Shown: positions 7,971 through 15,169 of the stretch, one piece after another | How positions within the stretch are numbered: the first letter of the stretch is position 1 | How the letters are laid out: the number at the start of each line of letters is the position of its first letter | Source of the DNA: Methanobacteriota archaeon | GTDB lineage: Archaea; Halobacteriota; Syntropharchaeia; Alkanophagales; Methanospirareceae | Direction of reading: 5' to 3' | Assembly: GCA_034660015.1 (NCBI GenBank) | Contig: JAYEII010000142.1 | Location: forward strand, 1 to 59,818 | DNA length: 59,818 nt | Made by a program: the position numbers and the translations under genes | The notes under the pieces: model-generated | Told to the model about the DNA's origin: nothing | The model's database searches: none | What the model saw: only the letters and a program-made list of their open reading frames with translations

Positions 7971-8042
7971 GACACAGATTAACGCAGATTAACACAGATG
8001 AAAAAATAAATAAATCCGCGTAAATCAGTGTTAATCCGTGTC
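7971..8042 (+). repeat. A-type hairpin element plus tail
   Basis: GACACAGATTAACGCAGATTAACACAGATG...AAATCCGCGTAAATCAGTGTTAATCCGTGTC, then TTAAATAGAAGGCAGTTATCCTTTATGTACAAT. Confidence 0.9.
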
Positions 8043-8081
8043 TTAAATAGAAGGCAGTTATCCTTTATGTACAATAAAAAA

Positions 8082-8360
8082 ATGGAAGAAGAGAAAGAGA
8101 AAATATGGGCTTGGCTAATGCCAAGCGGGAAGATATATAAGGTGGTGACAAACCCGGAGGACGGAACAATAAGCGTTTACAATCCAAACGGGGAGTTGGT
8201 GAAAAAAGATGAGAACCTGAGTGATGCGGCAGTAAGCCTAATAGAGAAGAATTTTCTCGAAACTGTGGCAACGATGGTAGAGGAGAAGGAAGTGGGAACG
8301 GAAACGGGAAAAGAAACCGGAAATGAGCTAGCGGATGAGATAGGGATGTATATAAGATAG
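8082..8360 (+). CDS. small conserved hypothetical protein (paralog of 35318..35590)
   Basis: MEEEKEKIWAWLMPSGKIYKVVTNPEDGTISVY aligns with MEEEKEKTWAWLMPSGKIYKVVTNPGEGTIDVY. Both also end in the related MYIR tail. The track start 8028 is inside the repeat. Confidence 0.65.
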   Translation: MEEEKEKIWAWLMPSGKIYKVVTNPEDGTISVYNPNGELVKKDENLSDAAVSLIEKNFLETVATMVEEKEVGTETGKETGNELADEIGMYIR

Positions 8361-8407
8361 CTCATCAAAAATTCTGTCTGAACAAAAAGAAAAATAAATT
8401 ATTTATT

Positions 8408-8486
8408 GACACAGATTAACGCAGATTAACACAGATGATAAAACTCAACAATGTTAAACTAAAATAAATCCGCGTAAATCCGTGTC
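8408..8486 (+). repeat. A-type hairpin element plus tail
   Basis: GACACAGATTAACGCAGATTAACACAGATGATAAAACTCAACAATGTTAAACTAAAATAAATCCGCGTAAATCCGTGTC. Confidence 0.9.
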
Positions 8487-8619
8487 TTAAATAGAAGGCA
8501 CTAAGTTATACTTTATGTACAATAAAAAGCAAATACAGATAGTTATTTTTCAGATATTGATAAATTATTTTTTTGCTATACATAACTATTTATGTCATAT
8601 TTAAGAGAATCATATTAAT

Positions 8620-10185
8620 ATGCGAAAACTAATTCATGTGTTTGTGCTGCTTTTAATAATCCTTAGTCCGGGAGTGGCATTGATCCTGGCACCCGTGTCG
8701 GGACTGGATCCACTGAAAACGGACACCGATGGCGATGGCATACCTGATGGTTGGGAAGATGAACATGGGCTGAATCCAAATGATGCAACAGATGCAAGTT
8801 TTGATTATAACCACAATGGACTGACGAATTTTCAAGAATACGAAAACGATAATTCTGACCCCTGGGATATGGACTCGGATGATGATGGGATATCAAATTA
8901 TGCAGAATGTTTCGGTTTATTCGGCTTTTTTACCGACCCCTTCGCATCAGACACGGATGAAGATGGATTAAGCGATTTGGAAGAAATTTGCACGTACATT
9001 AATACGGGTGATGAGACACAGATGAAGGAGATATACCCGGATAAAACTGATAGAGCGAGTGTAAGGGAGGATATAATCAGTCTGAGGGGGGTGTATCCAT
9101 ACAAACTCGACCCCACCACGAATTCAGATAGCGATGGCGATGGGCTACGTGATGTCGACGAGATTTCCAAAGGCACCAACCTCAATCATGTGGATTCTGA
9201 TTACGATGGGTTAAGCGATGGTGATGAAGTTCACGAATATGAAACAGATCCAACGAAACGGGATACGGATGGAGATGGGCTGTTGGACTCAGAAGAAGTA
9301 TTTGGAACATACGGAGTTGTAACAGACCCAACGAAGGTGGATACGGATGGAGACGGGATAAGCGACGGAGAAGAGATATTAGGATTTGGATTCGTCCCCA
9401 TTGAACCCAGCGAGCATGCACTGACCTACGAGGAGTTCATAAGTGGCGCGTATGGCTGTGAATACATCACGTTGAAGGCAAAGGTGGAGAAGATGAGGTA
9501 TCATCCAGATCTAAAGAGTTATCTGGTATTTTTAAAACCGTTGGAATCGGTGGATGGCGGCGGGGGGGAAAGGGGCGTTGCAATAGTTAATAGTTCATGG
9601 CGTTACGATTTTTATCTTGGCGAGATGATGCATGTAGATAGTCGTTTTAATTTCAATCTCCGTGAACGGGACACGATAGTAGTAGTTGGTAAAGCAGGGA
9701 AATTCAGGGGCAGCACTCGTGAAATCGCGGTTGATAGCGGAGGTAAAATGTACCTCATATTAAGTCCAGAGGAGGCAAAAGAGCGATGGCTGCCTTCGAA
9801 GGACTATATTAAGATAATATCTGATAGTAAAACGCAAGCTTCAGCTCAAACCACAAATTCAACTACTGCGGTAAATTCTTCTTCAACTTTAAATCGAACA
9901 TCTACACCCACTCCTTTGCCCTCGCCTGTGAACACAATGAACGGGACAAATGAAACGAACGCAACGAACGCAACTGCTGCGGAGGTTGAATCCAAAGGCA
10001 GAGGCATATTTGGCCTGCTTGGCTATGTAGCGATTGGAATTGTGATCATTGTTGCAGCTCTCTTTTTGTACACTAAGTTTGGCAAGCGTATACAAATTAG
10101 GAAAGGGCAGAAAGAAGGCGAAGGTGATAGCCCTCCAGTGGAAATGTCGAGCATGCCGAGTGGGACAAAAAAGGAGTGGGGTTAG
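8620..10185 (+). CDS. secreted, C-terminally membrane-anchored surface protein with thrombospondin type-3-like Ca-binding repeats
   Basis: Signal peptide, many DxDxDGxxDxxE units (TDTDGDGIPDGWE, DSDGDGLRDVDE, DTDGDGLLDSEE, DTDGDGISDGEE), an N-x-S/T-rich linker and a C-terminal TM helix followed by basic residues. Confidence 0.75.
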   Translation: MRKLIHVFVLLLIILSPGVALILAPVSGLDPLKTDTDGDGIPDGWEDEHGLNPNDATDASFDYNHNGLTNFQEYENDNSDPWDMDSDDDGISNYAECFGLFGFFTDPFASDTDEDGLSDLEEICTYINTGDETQMKEIYPDKTDRASVREDIISLRGVYPYKLDPTTNSDSDGDGLRDVDEISKGTNLNHVDSDYDGLSDGDEVHEYETDPTKRDTDGDGLLDSEEVFGTYGVVTDPTKVDTDGDGISDGEEILGFGFVPIEPSEHALTYEEFISGAYGCEYITLKAKVEKMRYHPDLKSYLVFLKPLESVDGGGGERGVAIVNSSWRYDFYLGEMMHVDSRFNFNLRERDTIVVVGKAGKFRGSTREIAVDSGGKMYLILSPEEAKERWLPSKDYIKIISDSKTQASAQTTNSTTAVNSSSTLNRTSTPTPLPSPVNTMNGTNETNATNATAAEVESKGRGIFGLLGYVAIGIVIIVAALFLYTKFGKRIQIRKGQKEGEGDSPPVEMSSMPSGTKKEWG

Positions 10186-10260
10186 CACAGATTTCAAAAA
10201 TTGCCAAAATTTCAAAAATTGCCAAAATTGGGTTACCATAACTAAATTTTTGAAATTTGT
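10186..10260. repeat. F-type hairpin (CAAAAATTGCCAAAATTT units / AAATTTTTGAAATTTG)
   Basis: CACAGATTTCAAAAATTGCCAAAATTTCAAAAATTGCCAAAATTGG GTTACCATAAC TAAATTTTTGAAATTTG. It belongs to the same family that flanks the 52591..52965 gene. Confidence 0.8.
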
Positions 10261-10262
10261 TG

Positions 10263-10733
10263 TTACTGAGATTCCAGCAGTCTCAGTTTGTTTTTTTCTC
10301 TTTTTAATGTGTTATTTTTAACAATAACCCCTGTGATAAGAGACGTTATCTTAAAGCCAACTATATACACTACAATAAAAACAAGGGGTGGCACCAGACT
10401 TAACACCGGAGCAAAGTTAAAACCAAAGTTCTCTAACGCTTTAAATACCTCAGTCTGCCCCAGAATACCCGCCACGATAGCCAGGGCAAAACCGAGTGCA
10501 AACATCGCTGGAAGTAGGGGTAAAAAAACGGAAATTACGCCGCTTATCTTTGATTCCCGGAACAGCCACGAAGCGCCAATCCGGGTCGCTTCAAGGTCGT
10601 GTATTTTCAATTTTTGTGTTTCGATCTCTCTTAAAAGCTCCGATTCAGAGACAGAATTGAGCTTCTCTTTCAAATATTCAACCTCTTTTTTTAGTGATGC
10701 GACCTCATCCTCTGTCTTGCCCTTATCTGTCAT
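10263..10733 (-). CDS. hypothetical membrane protein with an N-terminal coiled coil
   Basis: Heptad-like N-terminus (LKKEVEYLKEKLNSV) followed by 3 predicted TM helices. Confidence 0.5.
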   Translation of the reverse strand: MTDKGKTEDEVASLKKEVEYLKEKLNSVSESELLREIETQKLKIHDLEATRIGASWLFRESKISGVISVFLPLLPAMFALGFALAIVAGILGQTEVFKALENFGFNFAPVLSLVPPLVFIVVYIVGFKITSLITGVIVKNNTLKREKNKLRLLESQ

Positions 10734-10761
10734 TTCAAGTTTGATACCTCTGTTTTGTCAT

Positions 10762-11178
10762 CTACGTAGATATTTTCTTAGTGAAAGCAGTAATGCGGTC
10801 TATTATAGTAACGGCGCTGTCTATCAAATCAGTCATAGTGTTAATTAATTGCTCAATCCCTGAGATCATTGCCTCAAAGTCATCAATAATGCTGGAATTC
10901 CTACCAGATGCGTTTTTAGCCTCTGCATACTCCGTTTGAGATTGATTAAGCATTTCTTCCGATTGAGAAGTCATATTTTTTAGCAGTTCTTTCGCCTCGT
11001 CAAGACTCGTATTGCCGCTCGCCGTGGTTTCGTTTGTTTGCCGTACGAATTCAAAGAGGTTACCTATGCTATCTTCATCAGGTGAATTGGGCTCAGCCAG
11101 TCCAGGAACAGGCAAACACGCTAAAAATACCATGAGGATCACACCCAACACCGGAATATTTCGCATTTTCGTCCTCAT
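10762..11178 (-). CDS. hypothetical secreted helical protein
   Basis: Start moved to MRTKMRNIPVLGVILMVFLACLPVPGLA (signal peptide), which is preceded by the RBS GAGGTGA. N-glycosylation sequons are present. Confidence 0.5.
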   Translation of the reverse strand: MRTKMRNIPVLGVILMVFLACLPVPGLAEPNSPDEDSIGNLFEFVRQTNETTASGNTSLDEAKELLKNMTSQSEEMLNQSQTEYAEAKNASGRNSSIIDDFEAMISGIEQLINTMTDLIDSAVTIIDRITAFTKKIST

Positions 11179-11384
11179 CTCGGATTTCACCTCTCTATTA
11201 TAACTTAGGTTCCAGAGCATATAAAAAAGTTTCGACTGTTGATAAAAAAATTGCAAATATTTGATAAAAAGATTCATTATTCCAAAACTTTTTAATACCA
11301 AATAGACAGTTAGGATATAATATCCCATTCAAAAATTGAATGGGTAGAGCATAAAAAAACAAAAAGGAGGTGCAAAGAAAAAAA

Positions 11385-11582
11385 ATGGATTGCCCATATT
11401 TGGACGCCTGTCCTATATTTGCCAAATTCAGTAGTGAAGGAATGGCAAATATATGGATTAGTGGCTACTGCAAGAAAAACGAGGGAGGAGATTGTGAGAG
11501 GAAGAAACTAAAGGACGGAGGGAAAGAAGTGCCCATAACACTGCTGCCAAACGGTACACAGTTGGAAAGTCTGGCAAAATAA
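11385..11582 (+). CDS. small Cys-rich hypothetical protein (putative metal-binding)
   Basis: MDCPYLDACPIF...YCKKNEGGDCERK carries 4 Cys. The RBS AAGGAGGTG lies 12 nt upstream of ATG 11385. Confidence 0.45.
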   Translation: MDCPYLDACPIFAKFSSEGMANIWISGYCKKNEGGDCERKKLKDGGKEVPITLLPNGTQLESLAK

Positions 11583-11686
11583 GTGACACCAGCCGGTACA
11601 ATCGCTTAGCAGCAAGTATCTTCCTGTACACGCTAAGGATGGGCAAAGGGCTTACCTTTGCCTTTTATCTTTTTAATTTTAATAAC

Positions 11687-12073
11687 ATGCTAAGAATAAG
11701 CTATAAGCCAAGATATACGTCTGGGAATCCGAGAAAATTCGGTGGAACCTATATCCTGCATGATAAACGAGGAGGAGACGGGAAGCAGGTAGGGCATATT
11801 GATGCCGAATTTGTGCATGAAGATAAAAGGTACTATAATGGATTGGTACCCAGGAGGACCGCCAGGATTATCTATATTGCCATCAAAGATGATTTTCAAG
11901 GTATGGGATACGGGAGAGAGCTGGTTGAATACGTGGAAAGCGAAGGTAAACGTTACGGAATGAGAAGGTCCTATGCAAACAACGCTATGCAGCAATCAGT
12001 GGGGTTTTGGAAGAGAATGGGATATGAAGAACTGATAAGAGAAAGGGGGATATGGATAAAAAAGCTGTGCTAA
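11687..12073 (+). CDS. GNAT family N-acetyltransferase
   Basis: Acetyl-CoA motif A QGMGYGRELVEYVE and a C-terminal FWKRMGY. The start is uncertain (11639 or 11687). Confidence 0.7.
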   Translation: MLRISYKPRYTSGNPRKFGGTYILHDKRGGDGKQVGHIDAEFVHEDKRYYNGLVPRRTARIIYIAIKDDFQGMGYGRELVEYVESEGKRYGMRRSYANNAMQQSVGFWKRMGYEELIRERGIWIKKLC

Positions 12074-12087
12074 AAAAATAAATTTTT

Positions 12088-12225
12088 GACACAGATTAAC
12101 GCAGATTAACACAAACCTTTCTTTCAAAAAGAAAGCTTTACCAAAGAAATTTGTTTTTCTTTTAGCACAGGTTTTCTTTTTTTGAAAAAGAAAAAGTGTT
12201 GCGTAAATCAGTGTAAATCCGTGTC
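12088..12225 (+). repeat. B-type (long) hairpin element plus tail
   Basis: GACACAGATTAACGCAGATTAACACAAACCTTTCTTTCAAAAAGAAAG...AAAAAGTGTTGCGTAAATCAGTGTAAATCCGTGTC. Confidence 0.9.
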
Positions 12226-12281
12226 TCAAATAGAAGGGGGTTATACTTTATATACAATGAAAAAGCAAAGGGGTGAACAAA

Positions 12282-12893
12282 ATGGCATTTACATTTTTCT
12301 TTCGGGATAGGGACACATTAGACCTGGTTTGTGAACTCATATTACCGAAGTTACGCGACAAAAAATATATCAATATATGGGATGCCGGTTGCGCGGATGG
12401 ACCCGAACCATACACTATAGCGATTATGCTTAGAGAGAACATGGGCAATTTCGGGTTCAGGAATATTCGGATATACGCATCGGACATTGATGAGTCAGGC
12501 GATTTTGGAAACGTGGTAAATAAGGGTATATATCCAAATGATGCGATTACACGAGTAGATAAGCGGATATTTGAGAAGTATTTTCTGCCGGTAAACGAAG
12601 ATTTGTGCAGAGTAAAAGAAGAGGTAAGGAAAAGAGTAAGTTATCAGAAGCACAACCTCTTAACTTATGAACCAATAAGGGAAGGATTGAGCCTGATAGT
12701 ATGCAAGAATGTTCTATTGCACTTCAAAGCAGAAGAAAGGATTGAGGTGATAAAAATGTTTCACAAATCTCTGGCTGATTCGGGATTCTTTGTGACGGAA
12801 CAGACACAGAAATTGCCTGATGAGGTCAGTGACCTTTTCACGCCAATAACAAGAAAAGGGCAATTGTTCCAGAAAACAGAAAATAAATTATAG
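12282..12893 (+). CDS. CheR-type SAM-dependent methyltransferase domain protein (lacks the CheR N-terminal helical domain)
   Basis: FFFRDRDTL and WDAGCADGPEPYTIAIML (SAM-binding motif). The last codons ...ENKL* and the TAG stop come from the repeat flank. Confidence 0.7.
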   Translation: MAFTFFFRDRDTLDLVCELILPKLRDKKYINIWDAGCADGPEPYTIAIMLRENMGNFGFRNIRIYASDIDESGDFGNVVNKGIYPNDAITRVDKRIFEKYFLPVNEDLCRVKEEVRKRVSYQKHNLLTYEPIREGLSLIVCKNVLLHFKAEERIEVIKMFHKSLADSGFFVTEQTQKLPDEVSDLFTPITRKGQLFQKTENKL

Positions 12894-12951
12894 ACACAGA
12901 TTAACACAGATGATAAGAATCAATATGGTTAAACTAAAATAAATCTGCGTC
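12893..12951 (+). repeat. A-type hairpin element, single-unit arms
   Basis: GACACAGATTAACACAGATGATAAGAATCAATATGGTTAAACTAAAATAAATCTGCGTC. Confidence 0.85.
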
Positions 12952-12982
12952 TTAAATAGAAGGAAGTTATACTTTGGGTACT
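12951..12982 (+). promoter_or_regulatory. conserved element tail with TATA-like CTTAAATAG; candidate promoter for a leaderless 12983 gene
   Basis: CTTAAATAGAAGGAAGTTATACTTTGGGTACT is followed by ATG. The centre of TTAAATA lies about 27 nt upstream of the ATG. Confidence 0.4.
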
Positions 12983-13573
12983 ATGAAAATAATAAATTTA
13001 ACTGCGCATTCGCGTATATACACCTGCAACGTGTACCTGGTGCGGGGGGATCATAACGCTCTGGCTGACGTTAACACGTTAATTGATGTCGGCAGAGACC
13101 TGGGGGCAATAAGTAACTTGAAGGAAGCATCTACGGGTGTGGGGAAGAAACGGGTTGAACAGGTAATTATAACACACGAGCATTATGACCATGCAGGACT
13201 ATTAGCAGAAATAAAGCGCGAATTCCAACCTCGCGTGTATGCATATAAAAAATCCAAATATGTGGATTACACGGTAAAAGGAGGTGAAAAATTGAAGGTT
13301 GGCGACGGTGAATGTGAGATAATACACTCGCCGGGACATAGCCATGATTCGATTTGCATCTATTGTGAATCAGAGGGTATATTATTCTCTGGCGATACCT
13401 CGTTAGATATAATAACTCCGGGTTGCTACGAGGAATATTACATAAGAACGTTAGAAGAGTTATGCAAAAAGGATATAAGAGTTATTTATCCGGGTCATGG
13501 AGAACCTATGTTTAAAGGAGTGAGGAAAAAGATTCGAGATTCACTGAAAAACGTGACAATGAAATCATTTTAA
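12983..13573 (+). CDS. MBL-fold metallo-hydrolase
   Basis: Contains the HEHYDH metal-binding motif plus downstream His/Asp ligands (SPGHSHD, PGHG). Confidence 0.8.
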   Translation: MKIINLTAHSRIYTCNVYLVRGDHNALADVNTLIDVGRDLGAISNLKEASTGVGKKRVEQVIITHEHYDHAGLLAEIKREFQPRVYAYKKSKYVDYTVKGGEKLKVGDGECEIIHSPGHSHDSICIYCESEGILFSGDTSLDIITPGCYEEYYIRTLEELCKKDIRVIYPGHGEPMFKGVRKKIRDSLKNVTMKSF

Positions 13574-13744
13574 TGTAGCCATTTAAACTTCTCATTTGGA
13601 TATTTTATATGAGCTTCGTCTTAACGGTAACAGAATAGAATACCCCCGGGGTTGCTGTCAAACGTTCTATATAACAACTTTTGGTGATTCTCCGGTATGC
13701 AATCATGTCAGTCCAAAGACGAGCGAAAATAAACATTAATAAAT

Positions 13745-13872
13745 AACCACAGATTACACAGATTAACACAGATGAGGCACAGTCGAATTTTATAGTGAAA
13801 TTGCTAAATCCTTAAATTCCACCGCAGAGCAAGCACACAGAGAACTAAAATAAATCTGCGTAAATCAGTGTC
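13745..13872 (+). repeat. A-type variant whose left arm starts AACCACAGATTACACAGATTAACACAGATG, with inserted loop modules
   Basis: The loop carries the ATAGTGAAATTGCTAAATCC...CCACCGCAGAGCA module, also found at 22364-22425 and 57925-57965. The right arm is AAATCTGCGTAAATCAGTGTC. Confidence 0.8.
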
Positions 13873-13931
13873 TTAAATAGAAAGAGGATATACTTTATAT
13901 ACAAGGATAAAAAGAAATATAAAGTTATAAG

Positions 13932-14669
13932 ATGGCTAAAGCAAAGCAAAGGTATATGGAAATAGTAGAAGAATTCCCGATTGAGTTCCACAAGCCCCTG
14001 CTCCGGCTTGCAGATGCTATAATGGAGCGGATAAGGACGGAGTTCGCGGTCAGGCGAGAAGATTTTGACGAATTAAGAAGTGCGATTGCTGAGTTAGCAC
14101 AGGCGCAGAAGAGGACTGAGGAGCGTGTTGAGGAATTAGCACAGGCGCAGAAGAGGACTGAGGAGCGTGTTGAGGAATTAGCACAGGCGCAGAAGAGGAC
14201 TGAGGAGCGTGTTGAGGATTTATTCAATATTCAGAAAAGGTTTGAGAAGCATTTTGATATGCAAATTGGTGCCTTGGGTAGCAGAGGGGGTTTAAAGACC
14301 GAAGAGAGCTTTCGTGCTGCGGCAGAAGGTATTCTCGGCGAAGATTTTGGAATGCACGTAGAGCGATACCTGACTTATGACGAGGAGGGAGAGGTATTTG
14401 GGCGCCCTGATCAGGTTGAGATAGACATATTGATACGAGACGGTAAGATTACCGCCATTGAAATCAAATCTTCTATGAGCAAATCAGACGTCTATACCTT
14501 TGACAAGAAAGTTTCATTCTACGAGAAACGGCATCAGGTGAAGATAGACCGCAAACTCATCATTACTCCCATGCTGGACCCACGAGCTACCGAGCTGGTA
14601 AAGACCCTGGGAATGAAAGTTTACACTTCGTGTTATGATTGGGGTGACGAAGAACTAAAGTATCAATGA
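13932..14669 (+). CDS. coiled-coil plus PD-(D/E)XK-like nuclease-fold protein (DUF3782-like)
   Basis: N-terminal heptad repeats. The C-terminus has [10 protein letters not shown]...ITAIEIKSS (D...ExK). Confidence 0.6.
   Translation: MAKAKQRYMEIVEEFPIEFHKPLLRLADAIMERIRTEFAVRREDFDELRSAIAELAQAQKRTEERVEELAQAQKRTEERVEELAQAQKRTEERVEDLFNIQKRFEKHFDMQIGALGSRGGLKTEESFRAAAEGILGEDFGMHVERYLTYDEEGEVFGRPDQVEIDILIRDGKITAIEIKSSMSKSDVYTFDKKVSFYEKRHQVKIDRKLIITPMLDPRATELVKTLGMKVYTSCYDWGDEELKYQ
14094..14219 (+). repeat. perfect 42-nt tandem repeat x3 within the CDS ([14 protein letters not shown] x3)
   Basis: TTAGCACAGGCGCAGAAGAGGACTGAGGAGCGTGTTGAGGAA is repeated three times with no substitution until the last two bases. 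Confidence 0.95.
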
Positions 14670-14735
14670 AAAAGCTTTTAAAGAGATAGGTAGCTATACA
14701 TATACAAAAGCTTAAAAGATAGGAGGTATGATAAA

Positions 14736-14924
14736 ATGCCAAATGCAACGATAGACTGACCAAAAATTGAAGATGTAGAAATAAAAAGAGTGTTAGTCAA
14801 GGAAATTACGGATGCTCTTGAAAAAGCTTACAAGATTCCAAGAGAGGCGTATGTGGTGTTGATAAAGGAAAACTCGCCTGAGAATGTTGGTGTTGGCGGT
14901 AAGCTAATCATAGATAAATCATAA
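14736..14924 (+). pseudogene. 4-oxalocrotonate tautomerase family gene with an in-frame TGA at codon 8
   Basis: MPNATID*PKIEDVEIKRVLVKEITDALEKAYKIPREAYVVLIKENSPENVGVGGKLI. It has the N-terminal Met-Pro and the typical ~62-codon length. The TGA is at 14757-14759. Confidence 0.6.
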
Positions 14925-15058
14925 AATATTCGAAAGTTTTTGATAGAATTCTTGTGGATTGTCAATCATCATAAAATGCCCACTATTAGGAATTTGCATT
15001 TTTGGGGCATTATCGAGTATTTTTAATTCAATCTTCTCTTCCACGGGATATATATTGA
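14919..15058 (-). pseudogene. C-terminal remnant of an alpha/beta hydrolase
   Basis: The minus strand reads LNIYPVEEKIELKILDNAPKMQIPNSGHFMMIDNPQEFYQKLSNIL* (catalytic-His region GHF..E/DNP). There is an upstream in-frame stop and no N-terminal part. Confidence 0.5.
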
Positions 15059-15169
15059 GAGCTATATAAGAGCGGTTTGAAAAGGTGGATGAACAATTTG
15101 CACTAAAAAGTTTTATACGTTTGCTATATAATAAATATCGAAAGAAGGAAGTGTGAATGGTATAATATA

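Noticed and set aside
10288-10848. 186-aa plus-strand ORF overlapping the two minus-strand genes 10263..10733 and 10762..11178
   Set aside because: It runs antisense to ORFs that have clear signal-peptide, TM and coiled-coil features and an RBS. Its own product is low-complexity.
14757-14759. In-frame TGA in the tautomerase gene read as selenocysteine
   Set aside because: The position is not a catalytic or redox site in this family. I saw no SECIS-like hairpin nearby, and Sec usage is not expected in this lineage. A pseudogene or sequencing error is more parsimonious.
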